Of a stretch of 64,000 nucleotides of DNA, positions 19,247 through 27,689 are shown one piece after another. The DNA comes from a virus. Each line of letters opens with the position of its first letter. Position 1 is the stretch's first letter. The notes beneath the pieces were generated by a model. That model worked only from the letters and a program-made list of their open reading frames with translations. It searched no databases and was not told the origin of the DNA. The stretch lies in IMG/VR virus record IMGVR_UViG_3300030102_005560, positions 1-64,000 of that record; one strand, written 5' to 3'. A program made the translations under genes and the position numbers.

Positions 19247-19441
19247 GTGGCTAACCTAACACCGAAATACAAAGTCGTAGGACCCTTCTCACCGAAGGAG
19301 TTCAGTGACACGTCCACGCTGTCAACGACCATAGCGACTGCTGTGGGTACGTTGGGTGATGCATCAAGCACCACCAGCCTGATAGCATCGGACCCCTTTA
19401 CGGTCTTAGGCAACGTCTACATATTGGTGACATACGTTTGA
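19247..19441 (+). CDS. Small hypothetical structural protein
   Basis: 64 aa, GGTGA SD. Confidence 0.55.
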   Translation: MANLTPKYKVVGPFSPKEFSDTSTLSTTIATAVGTLGDASSTTSLIASDPFTVLGNVYILVTYV

Positions 19442-19456
19442 TGGTGAGGGGTATGA

Positions 19457-19756
19457 ATGGGTTTCGAATTGAGAGAACTTGATATCGAAGACATCTCCCG
19501 AGCACAGAAGAAAAACGTACGTTCAGACATAAAATACGACAGCGGTGTGGTTGGGGACAACCCCAATCCCCTGAAAGGCACTGTGCGCAAGCAGCACAAG
19601 AGAGTCAAGGACGTCGCTGATATACTAAACATAGGCTCTGGCACTAGATGCAAGCATTGTGGTTTCCTTCATTTCATGTGGAGAGAGACATGTGGCTCTT
19701 GTGATAGGCCTATGGAGTACAATCTAGGAAACAGGAATGAGGAGGCAAGGCTCTAA
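19457..19756 (+). CDS. Zn-ribbon protein
   Basis: CKHC…CGSC; TAATG overlap with the next gene. Confidence 0.65.
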   Translation: MGFELRELDIEDISRAQKKNVRSDIKYDSGVVGDNPNPLKGTVRKQHKRVKDVADILNIGSGTRCKHCGFLHFMWRETCGSCDRPMEYNLGNRNEEARL

Positions 19757-21438
19757 TGCCACAAGTATTCAGTCCCGGTGAACCTGAGACAAGACCCCTC
19801 GACCCCGATGCACTTGTCTACACGACTCCACAGAAGGTCGCTGACCTACTAGAGATAGGTCCACAAGAACCGGTATTGATGTCTGCTAACGCAGAGGCTA
19901 ACGCCGTATTCGTGACAGGAGCGGACTACAGGAACATCGGATTCTCAGTAGGAGACACTCTACTACTGTACTCAGACGCAGACCCCTTGGGTGTTGACCG
20001 TGATATCACTGCAATAACCACTAGTGCAGGCGGCGTCAAACTCGCATTCTCATCCGCTATCAACCCCGGTCTATACGAGACCACGGACAATGGATACGTT
20101 CAGAACAAGGCATCGTTCACCAACGGTAGAAACAGAGGACTGACCTATGATAAGGTGAAACAACTGATTCTACGTGCGCAAGACAGGATAGACAATACCA
20201 CGCACAACTCATGGAGACCTAACCTAGTCTCCGCCGAGTACATCAACTTCGACACGTACAAACCATACAGGCGAAGGTACTACACGGATTACGTCGGCAC
20301 CACACCGCTCCTATTCCGCAACGTGCAGCAACTGCTGAGGGTCGAACTGTGGCAGGGCGACGATTACAGGGAGATAGGCGCTGCTGAGGCTCGCCTCAAA
20401 TTCGCTAAGAACACAACCAGTCTTTCACGCACTGGTGGTGGCACTATGCAGAACACTGCTACGGTTTACATAGCCAACGGCTCAGGGGTCTACGCTAAAT
20501 TGGAATCGGTATCACTAGGCGCTGTAGGAGCAGTCACCCATGACAATGCCAAGTTCAGACTGGACTTGGACAACATGAGCAACGCACAGACCCTCGCTGA
20601 CCTCATCAACAAGGAGGACAGGGTATCCGCCAGTGCTGTTGAGTTCATTGATAATGGTGGTACGAAGTTTATCATGCCCGGTTCGACATCGAACGTGGCG
20701 GTCCACAACGAGTTCCTCGCAAGCGCCAATGCCGATTACGGCTCGGGAATAGTGAAGATATCCAGCATGAGGGACTCCGTCGGCGGTGAGGATTCAACTA
20801 TCGCAGTGGTGGATAACCCAGACACCAACATAGAGGTCTCCCAGACGCACACCGAGACGACCACGACCGTCTCATCCACAGGCGACATAAGCGCCGGTAC
20901 GATGAATATCACAGTCGCTTCCACAGAGGGCTTCGCGCCATCCGGCCTTCTTATGGGCTCTTCCATAGGTGATGTAGTGTTCTACGAGGGCAAGTCCGGT
21001 AATGTGTTCATCAACTGCAAGCAAATAGGCGGTTTCGGGGGTGGCGGTGGTACTGCGTTGAGCAGTGCAGATGCCACCATGACTCAGCACAGATTCGCCA
21101 TAGACCTGCAAGGAGGCGCCTCCAGCGGCGACAAGGGAAGGCTCAGGGACTTCTGGATGGATTCAGAGATGGGTATCATCTACTTCAACAACTCATACCC
21201 GTTCTTCGAGTGGAATGCCGTCAAGGTCGCGTACATCTACGGTGAGAGATACGTCGAGCAGGCCATCGAGGACGTATGCACCAAGATGGTGGCTATCGAG
21301 TTGCTGATGAGTGACGACAGGAGCGTCCTCATACCAGAGGGAACGCAGAACGTAGACCTCGCATCCAAGATTCAACTATACAGACAGGACATCGACAGGA
21401 CCCTTCCTCGATACATAGAGGTGATTACCTTTGAGTAA
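19756..21438 (+). CDS. Head-tail adaptor/connector protein with inserted beta domains
   Basis: YTTPQKVADLL…LILRAQDRID N-terminus and VKVAYIYG…IEDVCTKMVA C-terminus, typical of gp6/gp15-like adaptors; position after the MCP cluster. Confidence 0.65.
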   Translation: MPQVFSPGEPETRPLDPDALVYTTPQKVADLLEIGPQEPVLMSANAEANAVFVTGADYRNIGFSVGDTLLLYSDADPLGVDRDITAITTSAGGVKLAFSSAINPGLYETTDNGYVQNKASFTNGRNRGLTYDKVKQLILRAQDRIDNTTHNSWRPNLVSAEYINFDTYKPYRRRYYTDYVGTTPLLFRNVQQLLRVELWQGDDYREIGAAEARLKFAKNTTSLSRTGGGTMQNTATVYIANGSGVYAKLESVSLGAVGAVTHDNAKFRLDLDNMSNAQTLADLINKEDRVSASAVEFIDNGGTKFIMPGSTSNVAVHNEFLASANADYGSGIVKISSMRDSVGGEDSTIAVVDNPDTNIEVSQTHTETTTTVSSTGDISAGTMNITVASTEGFAPSGLLMGSSIGDVVFYEGKSGNVFINCKQIGGFGGGGGTALSSADATMTQHRFAIDLQGGASSGDKGRLRDFWMDSEMGIIYFNNSYPFFEWNAVKVAYIYGERYVEQAIEDVCTKMVAIELLMSDDRSVLIPEGTQNVDLASKIQLYRQDIDRTLPRYIEVITFE

Positions 21439-21805
21439 TAAGGCGTTTGACCGTAATGACCCGACCTATAACGATTACATGAAACTACTCAGCAAGGAGT
21501 TCGCAAAAGGCGAGATGCAAGAGGAACTTAAGATGGTCATAACCCAGACTCCTCCCGAGTTCAGGGAGATTATCGAAAGGCAGGAAGCGGACGTGGCAGG
21601 TCTCAGGAAGACACCCGATGGGTATGAGAGGATGAATGGCACACAGGCGTCAGCGGATGAAATCTTGTCGTTAAACAACAATGTGAATACCCGTATGTTA
21701 AATGAGTCTCCCGCTCTCCGAGAGCACAAGGTGGTGCTGCGCGACGGAAAACTAAGTCCGGACTTTGCATTACATGAGAGGGAAATGGAGGTCAAGAAAT
21801 GGTAG
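21431..21805 (+). CDS. Hypothetical neck-region protein
   Basis: 124 aa, TTG start with GGTGA SD, overlaps both neighbours. Confidence 0.6.
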   Translation: MSNKAFDRNDPTYNDYMKLLSKEFAKGEMQEELKMVITQTPPEFREIIERQEADVAGLRKTPDGYERMNGTQASADEILSLNNNVNTRMLNESPALREHKVVLRDGKLSPDFALHEREMEVKKW

Positions 21806-22248
21806 CCACGTTCAAGGAAGGCATCGATTTAGTGGTTGACACCCTCAGTGACAACTGGAACAGGGGCAACACTGCCAACTTCAAACCCGTCATCATAGAC
21901 ATAGCAGAGGTTGGTGCAGAGAGGGGAAAGAGGCTTGACTTGGACAGGACCGATTACGTCCTCGTATTCGAGACGGCACACAACGAAGAGACACCAGAAC
22001 TGCTCTACGACTTCGTCACAACCAGAATCAACATCACAGTCGACATGAGAACCACAAGGAGCAGGGCTCACTTCAAACTCATGGAGAACGAGATACGCAG
22101 ACTCATTCACTTATTCAGAAAAGGAGATGGCACGAACATGGACAGATTGGTCTACAAGACGAGGACCGATTTGTCAGACAGAAGCAAAAAACTGTTCAGA
22201 ATGACCTATCAGATAGAAGTTGTTATCTTCGCAGAACTAATCCCATGA
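21799..22248 (+). CDS. Putative tail terminator/completion protein
   Basis: 149 aa directly before the tail tube; size and beta/alpha pattern of tail-completion proteins. Confidence 0.55.
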   Translation: MVATFKEGIDLVVDTLSDNWNRGNTANFKPVIIDIAEVGAERGKRLDLDRTDYVLVFETAHNEETPELLYDFVTTRINITVDMRTTRSRAHFKLMENEIRRLIHLFRKGDGTNMDRLVYKTRTDLSDRSKKLFRMTYQIEVVIFAELIP

Positions 22249-22258
22249 GGTGTAGAAG

Positions 22259-24316
22259 ATGCCGTCGACAGTATACAAGGGTGACCTGAGCGAGATTACA
22301 TTCGGCCATGAGGCTGGTCTGTTCCTAGAGCATGACTATGCAGGGACATTCAGAATCATTTGCAGTTTCGACACTGGTGGCAACGCAGCCAACGCACCAC
22401 ATCACAACTTGGTCAAGGACACGAGCGTCATCACATTCACAGGTGGGGCTTCAAACACTCCCGTCCACAATGGCATCCTACGATACCCGAACGGGATGCT
22501 CGTCGGTAGCAGACTGATATTCAACGCATCTGGGAACTTCTCCGCAGACGACTACAACTCGACAGGCCGCATCTACACAATAGTGAAGCAGGAGGTGGCA
22601 AACGATGCCAACAACGACAATAACAACAAGACCGAGATTACGGTCACACCTGCGCTCAAGTCAGGTGACACCACCCAAGACATCACGTCCGCAAGTGGTG
22701 ACGCAATCACAATCCTACCATTCGGCACACCTGCCATTGACGTCAGCATGGCTCATGATGACGCTGCGAACTTATCAGCGGAGCGCGTCCTCACTGACCA
22801 GTTCGTAGGTCTAGTCAGCACCGTGGCCCTACCGGAGACCAAGGTCGACCTCAAGAGGTACCACGTCGTTGGTCTCGGTCGTGATGTGGCAGTTCAAGTA
22901 CCGGGCAGGTTCACCAACCAAGGTGGCTCCTTCGAGTGCAACATACACAACAGTCGTTGGTTCAAGTACTGTCTCGGACAACACGTGTCCAAGCCATTGA
23001 ACTCAGCAACCGAGAACGCTGCTACAGGCACATACGTACTCGCTACGAATAAACCAGCCAATCCCGGTGACTCGTACATAGAAATCACCGATAACAGTGG
23101 TACGGACGACCCTTCCTTCGATAGCACATCCGTTGGTGTGGGTGACTATGTCATACTCGACACAGCATCGGAGATGGTCGACGTCCAGACGTACAGGGAG
23201 ACAGGAGTCGGTGGTGGGCTTGTCGCTGATGCATGGCCAGCAGTCAACGCCACGCAGATATTCGACAAGGCAATCAAGCAGCAGATAAGGAGGATAGTGT
23301 CATTCTCCGCGAGCAGCGGTGACTGCAAGATATGGCTCGACCAACCTCTTGACTACGGTCACCCAGTCAGCGGCACGGTCGTCACTTTCGCTAGATATGC
23401 AGCAGGTTCAACAGCCGGTAGCCCTCATCGAACGGCAACCACTGGTGACCTCGTTAATGGCATCGAGCACCTCTACTTCTCCAGAACCACGGTCCCGTCC
23501 TTCGCCATGGAAGTCAGCGTCAGGAGGAGGGACTTGGACAGCAACGCCGGTACCACTGACGGGGGAACTGGTGACTCCAAGCAACTCACCCGTGTCTTCC
23601 GTGGATGCAAGGTCAAGGACTTCAGCCTGACAGCGGATACTGATGCGGCCCTCAGGATGACCGTCAACTTCGACTCAGCGCTCTGCTATACCGACACAGG
23701 TAGATTGGAGAGCACAAACAAGGGTGACAGGTACGACACGCACAGGCTCTTCGAGGACACAGGAAACACCGTGCTCAGCAGGAAGGTGTCAGGCATCGAG
23801 AAGGGAACCCAGAAGCCATTCATGTTCTACAACGGCACGATGCGAGTCCTCGGTCAGAGTCTGGGTCAAGTCGTGTCCTTCACACTCAACGGCAAGACCG
23901 GCGTCGAGCAGTTCTACACCATAAGCGGTGCCAATGTCGCTGACTCGGCCACAGACCAAGTCCCATTCGCTGGTACTAGGAATCCCACACTAGCAGTGGA
24001 GGGCAAGACGGAGTACGACCTAGAGATGGAAATCATAGTCGATGACCCAATCTTTTACCACAACATGAGGAGGGCCGTCGCTAACTTCGATGACACTGAC
24101 GAAACCGGGCAGACGGACAATGACATGATACGGCTCACATTCACCAAGTCAGGCTCCGGTAGCACGAGGGAGAATCTGGAGATACTCATCGATGACTACT
24201 TCATCACCGAAGCACCACTACCAATACCAGAGGACAAGGGGCCCATACGAAGCAAACTGAAGATTCTACCAAAGTCAGTCAAGGTGATTGGCAGGGATAC
24301 GATACTGAGTCCGTAG
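22259..24316 (+). CDS. Major tail tube protein with inserted domains
   Basis: Tube-like segments (PSFAMEV…RVFRGCKVKDFSLTA, SFTLNG, YDLEMEI); precedes the chaperone/TMP genes. Confidence 0.7.
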   Translation: MPSTVYKGDLSEITFGHEAGLFLEHDYAGTFRIICSFDTGGNAANAPHHNLVKDTSVITFTGGASNTPVHNGILRYPNGMLVGSRLIFNASGNFSADDYNSTGRIYTIVKQEVANDANNDNNNKTEITVTPALKSGDTTQDITSASGDAITILPFGTPAIDVSMAHDDAANLSAERVLTDQFVGLVSTVALPETKVDLKRYHVVGLGRDVAVQVPGRFTNQGGSFECNIHNSRWFKYCLGQHVSKPLNSATENAATGTYVLATNKPANPGDSYIEITDNSGTDDPSFDSTSVGVGDYVILDTASEMVDVQTYRETGVGGGLVADAWPAVNATQIFDKAIKQQIRRIVSFSASSGDCKIWLDQPLDYGHPVSGTVVTFARYAAGSTAGSPHRTATTGDLVNGIEHLYFSRTTVPSFAMEVSVRRRDLDSNAGTTDGGTGDSKQLTRVFRGCKVKDFSLTADTDAALRMTVNFDSALCYTDTGRLESTNKGDRYDTHRLFEDTGNTVLSRKVSGIEKGTQKPFMFYNGTMRVLGQSLGQVVSFTLNGKTGVEQFYTISGANVADSATDQVPFAGTRNPTLAVEGKTEYDLEMEIIVDDPIFYHNMRRAVANFDDTDETGQTDNDMIRLTFTKSGSGSTRENLEILIDDYFITEAPLPIPEDKGPIRSKLKILPKSVKVIGRDTILSP

Positions 24317-24910
24317 GTGAATGAGATGTGGCCGGGGAATCTAGAGAGAGTGCAGAAGTACAACCGAGTCTCACACGAGCAGTACATCTCTTGGCTTCTT
24401 GCTAGGATAGACCTGCCCATGAGGCCGGTGTTCCTCACTACCAGAACTAGGGAGGACGTGGATGAGATTGTCCTGTCATCGATAGAGAAGAAGCCGACAC
24501 AGACGCCATCATGGGTAGAGGCTGCGCAGAAGAGCCTAGAGGAAGAGGTTGAGGAAGAGGTTGAGGAAGAGGTTGAGGAGCCCTCACAACCTGAGGTGGC
24601 ACCACAAGACAATCCATTTTCCGCTCCTGACTATGATTCATGGACAGTAGTAGAACTAAGAGAAGAGTGCAAGAACAGGGGAATAACCGTTCGAGGCACC
24701 AAAGCAGAGGTCGTTCTGCGTCTCCGAAGAGATGACGAAGGCCTGACACAAGACCCAGTCGAACCAGACGAAGACGAGTCTGAGGCCCCCGTCGAAGAGA
24801 CGGCTGCTGATGACTCGTCGGATGCCCCCTCTGAGGAAGAGGCTGCAACCGAGGAAGTGACACCAGATGCCGATAGCGGAGAAACAAGCAATATTGAAGA
24901 AGAAGAATGA
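24317..24910 (+). CDS. SAP-domain protein with acidic tracts
   Basis: YDSWTVVELREECKNRGITVRGTKAEVVLRL matches the SAP consensus. Confidence 0.75.
   Translation: MNEMWPGNLERVQKYNRVSHEQYISWLLARIDLPMRPVFLTTRTREDVDEIVLSSIEKKPTQTPSWVEAAQKSLEEEVEEEVEEEVEEPSQPEVAPQDNPFSAPDYDSWTVVELREECKNRGITVRGTKAEVVLRLRRDDEGLTQDPVEPDEDESEAPVEETAADDSSDAPSEEEAATEEVTPDADSGETSNIEEEE
24539..24579 (+). repeat. 12-bp tandem repeat GAGGAAGAGGTT x3 (EEEV)
   Basis: Read directly in the sequence. Confidence 0.8.
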
Positions 24911-25229
24911 ACAGAAGTACGAGATAAAAGTCGACCCGGATGACCATGAGCAAATCATGGAAATCTGGATTCGGGACATCACGTTCTTCGACGTGCAAAA
25001 AGCAGCACAGAACATGTTCCTGATGAACGGGGATGAAGTATCATTAGACCTAGAGGGATACTGGAGTTATGCTTTCTCGGAATGGGTAGTGAGGACCAAC
25101 CCAGAACTGACAGTGAGCGAACTGAAGGAGATAAACTCCTTTGCGGGCCAACAGATAGCAGCGTTGCTACCCAAGCCAGATGAACTGGCGGAGGCGATGC
25201 AAGGGGGTTTTACGAAGGCGAGCAACTGA
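24867..25229 (+). CDS. Tail assembly chaperone (gpG-like)
   Basis: 120 aa between tube and TMP, ending in a slippery heptamer. Confidence 0.75.
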   Translation: MPIAEKQAILKKKNEQKYEIKVDPDDHEQIMEIWIRDITFFDVQKAAQNMFLMNGDEVSLDLEGYWSYAFSEWVVRTNPELTVSELKEINSFAGQQIAALLPKPDELAEAMQGGFTKASN

Positions 25230-25504
25230 AGGTTCAGCGATTCTTACAGAGGAAGACAATCAAATCCACTGAAGACATAGACTTGCAGAATCAGTTGTTC
25301 GCCTACATCGTGGCAAAACATTACGGCATATCATTGAGTGAGGTGTATAACATGGGGCAGGAGATATTCAAACAGTCGCTAATCTGGGCCCTAGCAATCC
25401 AAGAAGAGGAGAGGAAGGAGCAACGCAGACAGCAGGCTGAGAGCGCAACCAGCAACGAGACAGTCACCTTCGACTACGACTTCCTGCATCAGGAGGACTT
25501 CTGA
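24867..25504 (+). CDS. Tail assembly chaperone frameshift fusion (gpGT-like, about 212 aa)
   Basis: The -1 frame reads …GFYEGEQLKVQRFLQRKTIKSTEDIDLQNQLFAYIVAKHY… and absorbs ORF 25283..25504. Confidence 0.72.
25205..25211 (+). other. -1 programmed ribosomal frameshift site G GGT TTT
   Basis: X XXY YYZ heptamer in the correct frame; the -1 frame is open to TGA 25504. Confidence 0.8.
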
Positions 25505-26403
25505 TGGCACTGGGAGCGCTGAGCACATCACTGGGCATGGTGCAGGGACTGCTCTCCTCCATCGGTGGGAGCATGGGTAGCCTCGGTGGCATCGCCAACA
25601 GCATAGGCAACGCGCTGGCTGGTGCCTTCAATGCAGCATCGGTAGCGGCTAGGAAGGCCTACAATGAAATGAACGACTTCTACAAAGAGCATGTGGAGCC
25701 GCAGTTTGAGGCTTTCGCAAAAAAGGCTGGGCCTGTCTTCGAGGACATCAAGAATGGCTTCAAGGAATTAGCGGAGTTCATGAGCGGAATCTGGAATGGG
25801 GTGGTCATCCCGATATTCTCCTTCTTCAAGGATTACGCCTCGATGGTATTCAGCCTGCTCACAGGGGATTTTGAAGAGGCAGCAGCCAAGGCTGAAGGTA
25901 TCTTCGAGGACCATATAATGCCCATTGCTACTTCTTTGAAAACGGCATTCGGCGGCGTGATTGAGAACCTAAAGGAGGTTGTGACTGCGGCCTTTGGCAT
26001 CTTCAGCACCGTATCAGGACAGATAGGCGATGCCTTTAGCACGATATACGATACCGTAGTCCAACCGATTCTAGATGGCATATCTGGTGCCATCGATTTC
26101 ATAGTCGGTGGGATAGGCACGATACTCAAGGGACTAGCCGATATAGGAAGCAGCGTCATCGGAGGCGCTGTGGGAATCGGCAAGAAGTTAGGTGGCGGTG
26201 CTAAGAGCCTAATCGGTGGCGGTGGTGGCTCCGATGCTGGCACGACGGTCGAAGGCGGCGTGAGTCAGACATTCAACATCACGGTGAATGCGGGCGGCAT
26301 TACGGACAGGTCAGACAAGAGGTCCCTAGCGACAGAGATAGGAAGGATGATTCAGGAGGAGACCGCTCGTTCGGTCGGTGGCAGCAGGTATGCGAGTAGG
26401 TGA
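25504..26403 (+). CDS. Tape measure protein (short)
   Basis: Follows the G/GT pair; amphipathic Ala/Gly/aromatic helical repeats (IWNGVVIPIF, IYDTVVQPIL); C-terminal FNITVN. Confidence 0.75.
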   Translation: MALGALSTSLGMVQGLLSSIGGSMGSLGGIANSIGNALAGAFNAASVAARKAYNEMNDFYKEHVEPQFEAFAKKAGPVFEDIKNGFKELAEFMSGIWNGVVIPIFSFFKDYASMVFSLLTGDFEEAAAKAEGIFEDHIMPIATSLKTAFGGVIENLKEVVTAAFGIFSTVSGQIGDAFSTIYDTVVQPILDGISGAIDFIVGGIGTILKGLADIGSSVIGGAVGIGKKLGGGAKSLIGGGGGSDAGTTVEGGVSQTFNITVNAGGITDRSDKRSLATEIGRMIQEETARSVGGSRYASR

Positions 26404-27674
26404 GTGAGATGCCAGCAGGAGTCCCGATAAGGCTAGTTCAGGAGAACGGAAAACTCATCGAGTTAGACGCTACCAACATGACCCTCTCTACAGAGCGTAA
26501 GGTCGGCGGCGCACCGATGCCCTTCACAGGCAGCCTGAGGCTAGGCGCTGACTTCAACGTCAATACGGCACTCATCAACATACAGGGTGTCATCGTGGAT
26601 GACCGAGAAGGCTCCTCTAGCGCCAAGGCCTCCAGCCTCATCAACTTCGGCAGGCAGGGCGGCTCCAACATCTCTAGGGCTTGGGCTACGTATGACAACG
26701 TCAATTCGCTTCTGGACAGAGGCATCAAGAAGATAGTATTCGAGAATGCCGCTGGCACTGATAAGGTAGTCACCTTCACCGAGAGCGGCTCCCTCATCAG
26801 CGGCGAGGTCGCTGCATACAGCGCCACTGGTGGTACTAATAACACTCCGACCGTGTTGGTGTACCTCTCACCTGACTTGCAGAGCGCATCAGACACGACA
26901 GTGGAGAACGCACAGAGGCTCCTTGCCAAGAAGGTCGCATCGGCGGTGGCTGCCCTTATCAATGCGCAGCACTCATCCACGCTCACTGCTGCTGTGGAGA
27001 CGGTTGCTGACTATGAGGGTGCAAGGGACACCTACGGTGTGAGAGTAACCCAAGTGTCCTTCGGTGCCACGGGCAACAACGCATCACCGTACTGGACCAT
27101 AGGCGGCTCCAACAACACGTACAACTCGGTGCTGTTCTCACAACCCGACCAGACCACCTTCTCTGGTGGCATCACTGGTGGCAAGAAGTCCGCTGGTGAC
27201 AAGGCCATGGACCTGTATGGCATACTCAACAACAGCGTGACTGACACAGGCAGGAAACTAGCAGGCGTCGGCGCTGTCGTAGGTGGCCTTGCTGGTGCGG
27301 TTTTTGGAGGACCAGCGGGTGTCGTGGGAGGCGGCGCATTGGCGCTTAGTGGCCTCTCTACAGTAGTCCGCTCTACGGAGGATGACAGGAAGGACTACAT
27401 CATCGGCATACAGATACCATACAACTCCACCATAACCTCCACGGACGGCGAACTCTACACGGCAAGGAACTTCTTCATGCCCACTGGTTTCGGCAAGCAT
27501 GGCCTTGACAAGACGTCAGTGAACAACACCAATCCAGCCAGTGTCGAGTTCGATACCGGCGATGCGTTCACTGGAATACAAGGTGCCGTCCAGAAGATGG
27601 ACATAGCATACGATGCTGGTGAGACTGTGTACAACTTCAACATGCTATTCGCTCCGGTAGACGTGCTGATTTGA
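26400..27674 (+). CDS. Putative distal tail (Dit-like) protein with an inserted domain
   Basis: Directly after the TMP; N- and C-terminal beta segments flank an insert ending in TFSGG. Confidence 0.5.
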   Translation: MSEMPAGVPIRLVQENGKLIELDATNMTLSTERKVGGAPMPFTGSLRLGADFNVNTALINIQGVIVDDREGSSSAKASSLINFGRQGGSNISRAWATYDNVNSLLDRGIKKIVFENAAGTDKVVTFTESGSLISGEVAAYSATGGTNNTPTVLVYLSPDLQSASDTTVENAQRLLAKKVASAVAALINAQHSSTLTAAVETVADYEGARDTYGVRVTQVSFGATGNNASPYWTIGGSNNTYNSVLFSQPDQTTFSGGITGGKKSAGDKAMDLYGILNNSVTDTGRKLAGVGAVVGGLAGAVFGGPAGVVGGGALALSGLSTVVRSTEDDRKDYIIGIQIPYNSTITSTDGELYTARNFFMPTGFGKHGLDKTSVNNTNPASVEFDTGDAFTGIQGAVQKMDIAYDAGETVYNFNMLFAPVDVLI

Positions 27675-27689
27675 TTCGAGGGAAGTGAT

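Noticed and set aside
22259-24316. 685-aa protein as a contractile tail sheath
   Set aside because: Its motifs and its position before the G/GT chaperone fit a decorated tube protein, and no separate tube gene follows.
25283-25504. Independent 73-aa gene
   Set aside because: TTG start without an SD; better explained as the -1 frameshift extension.
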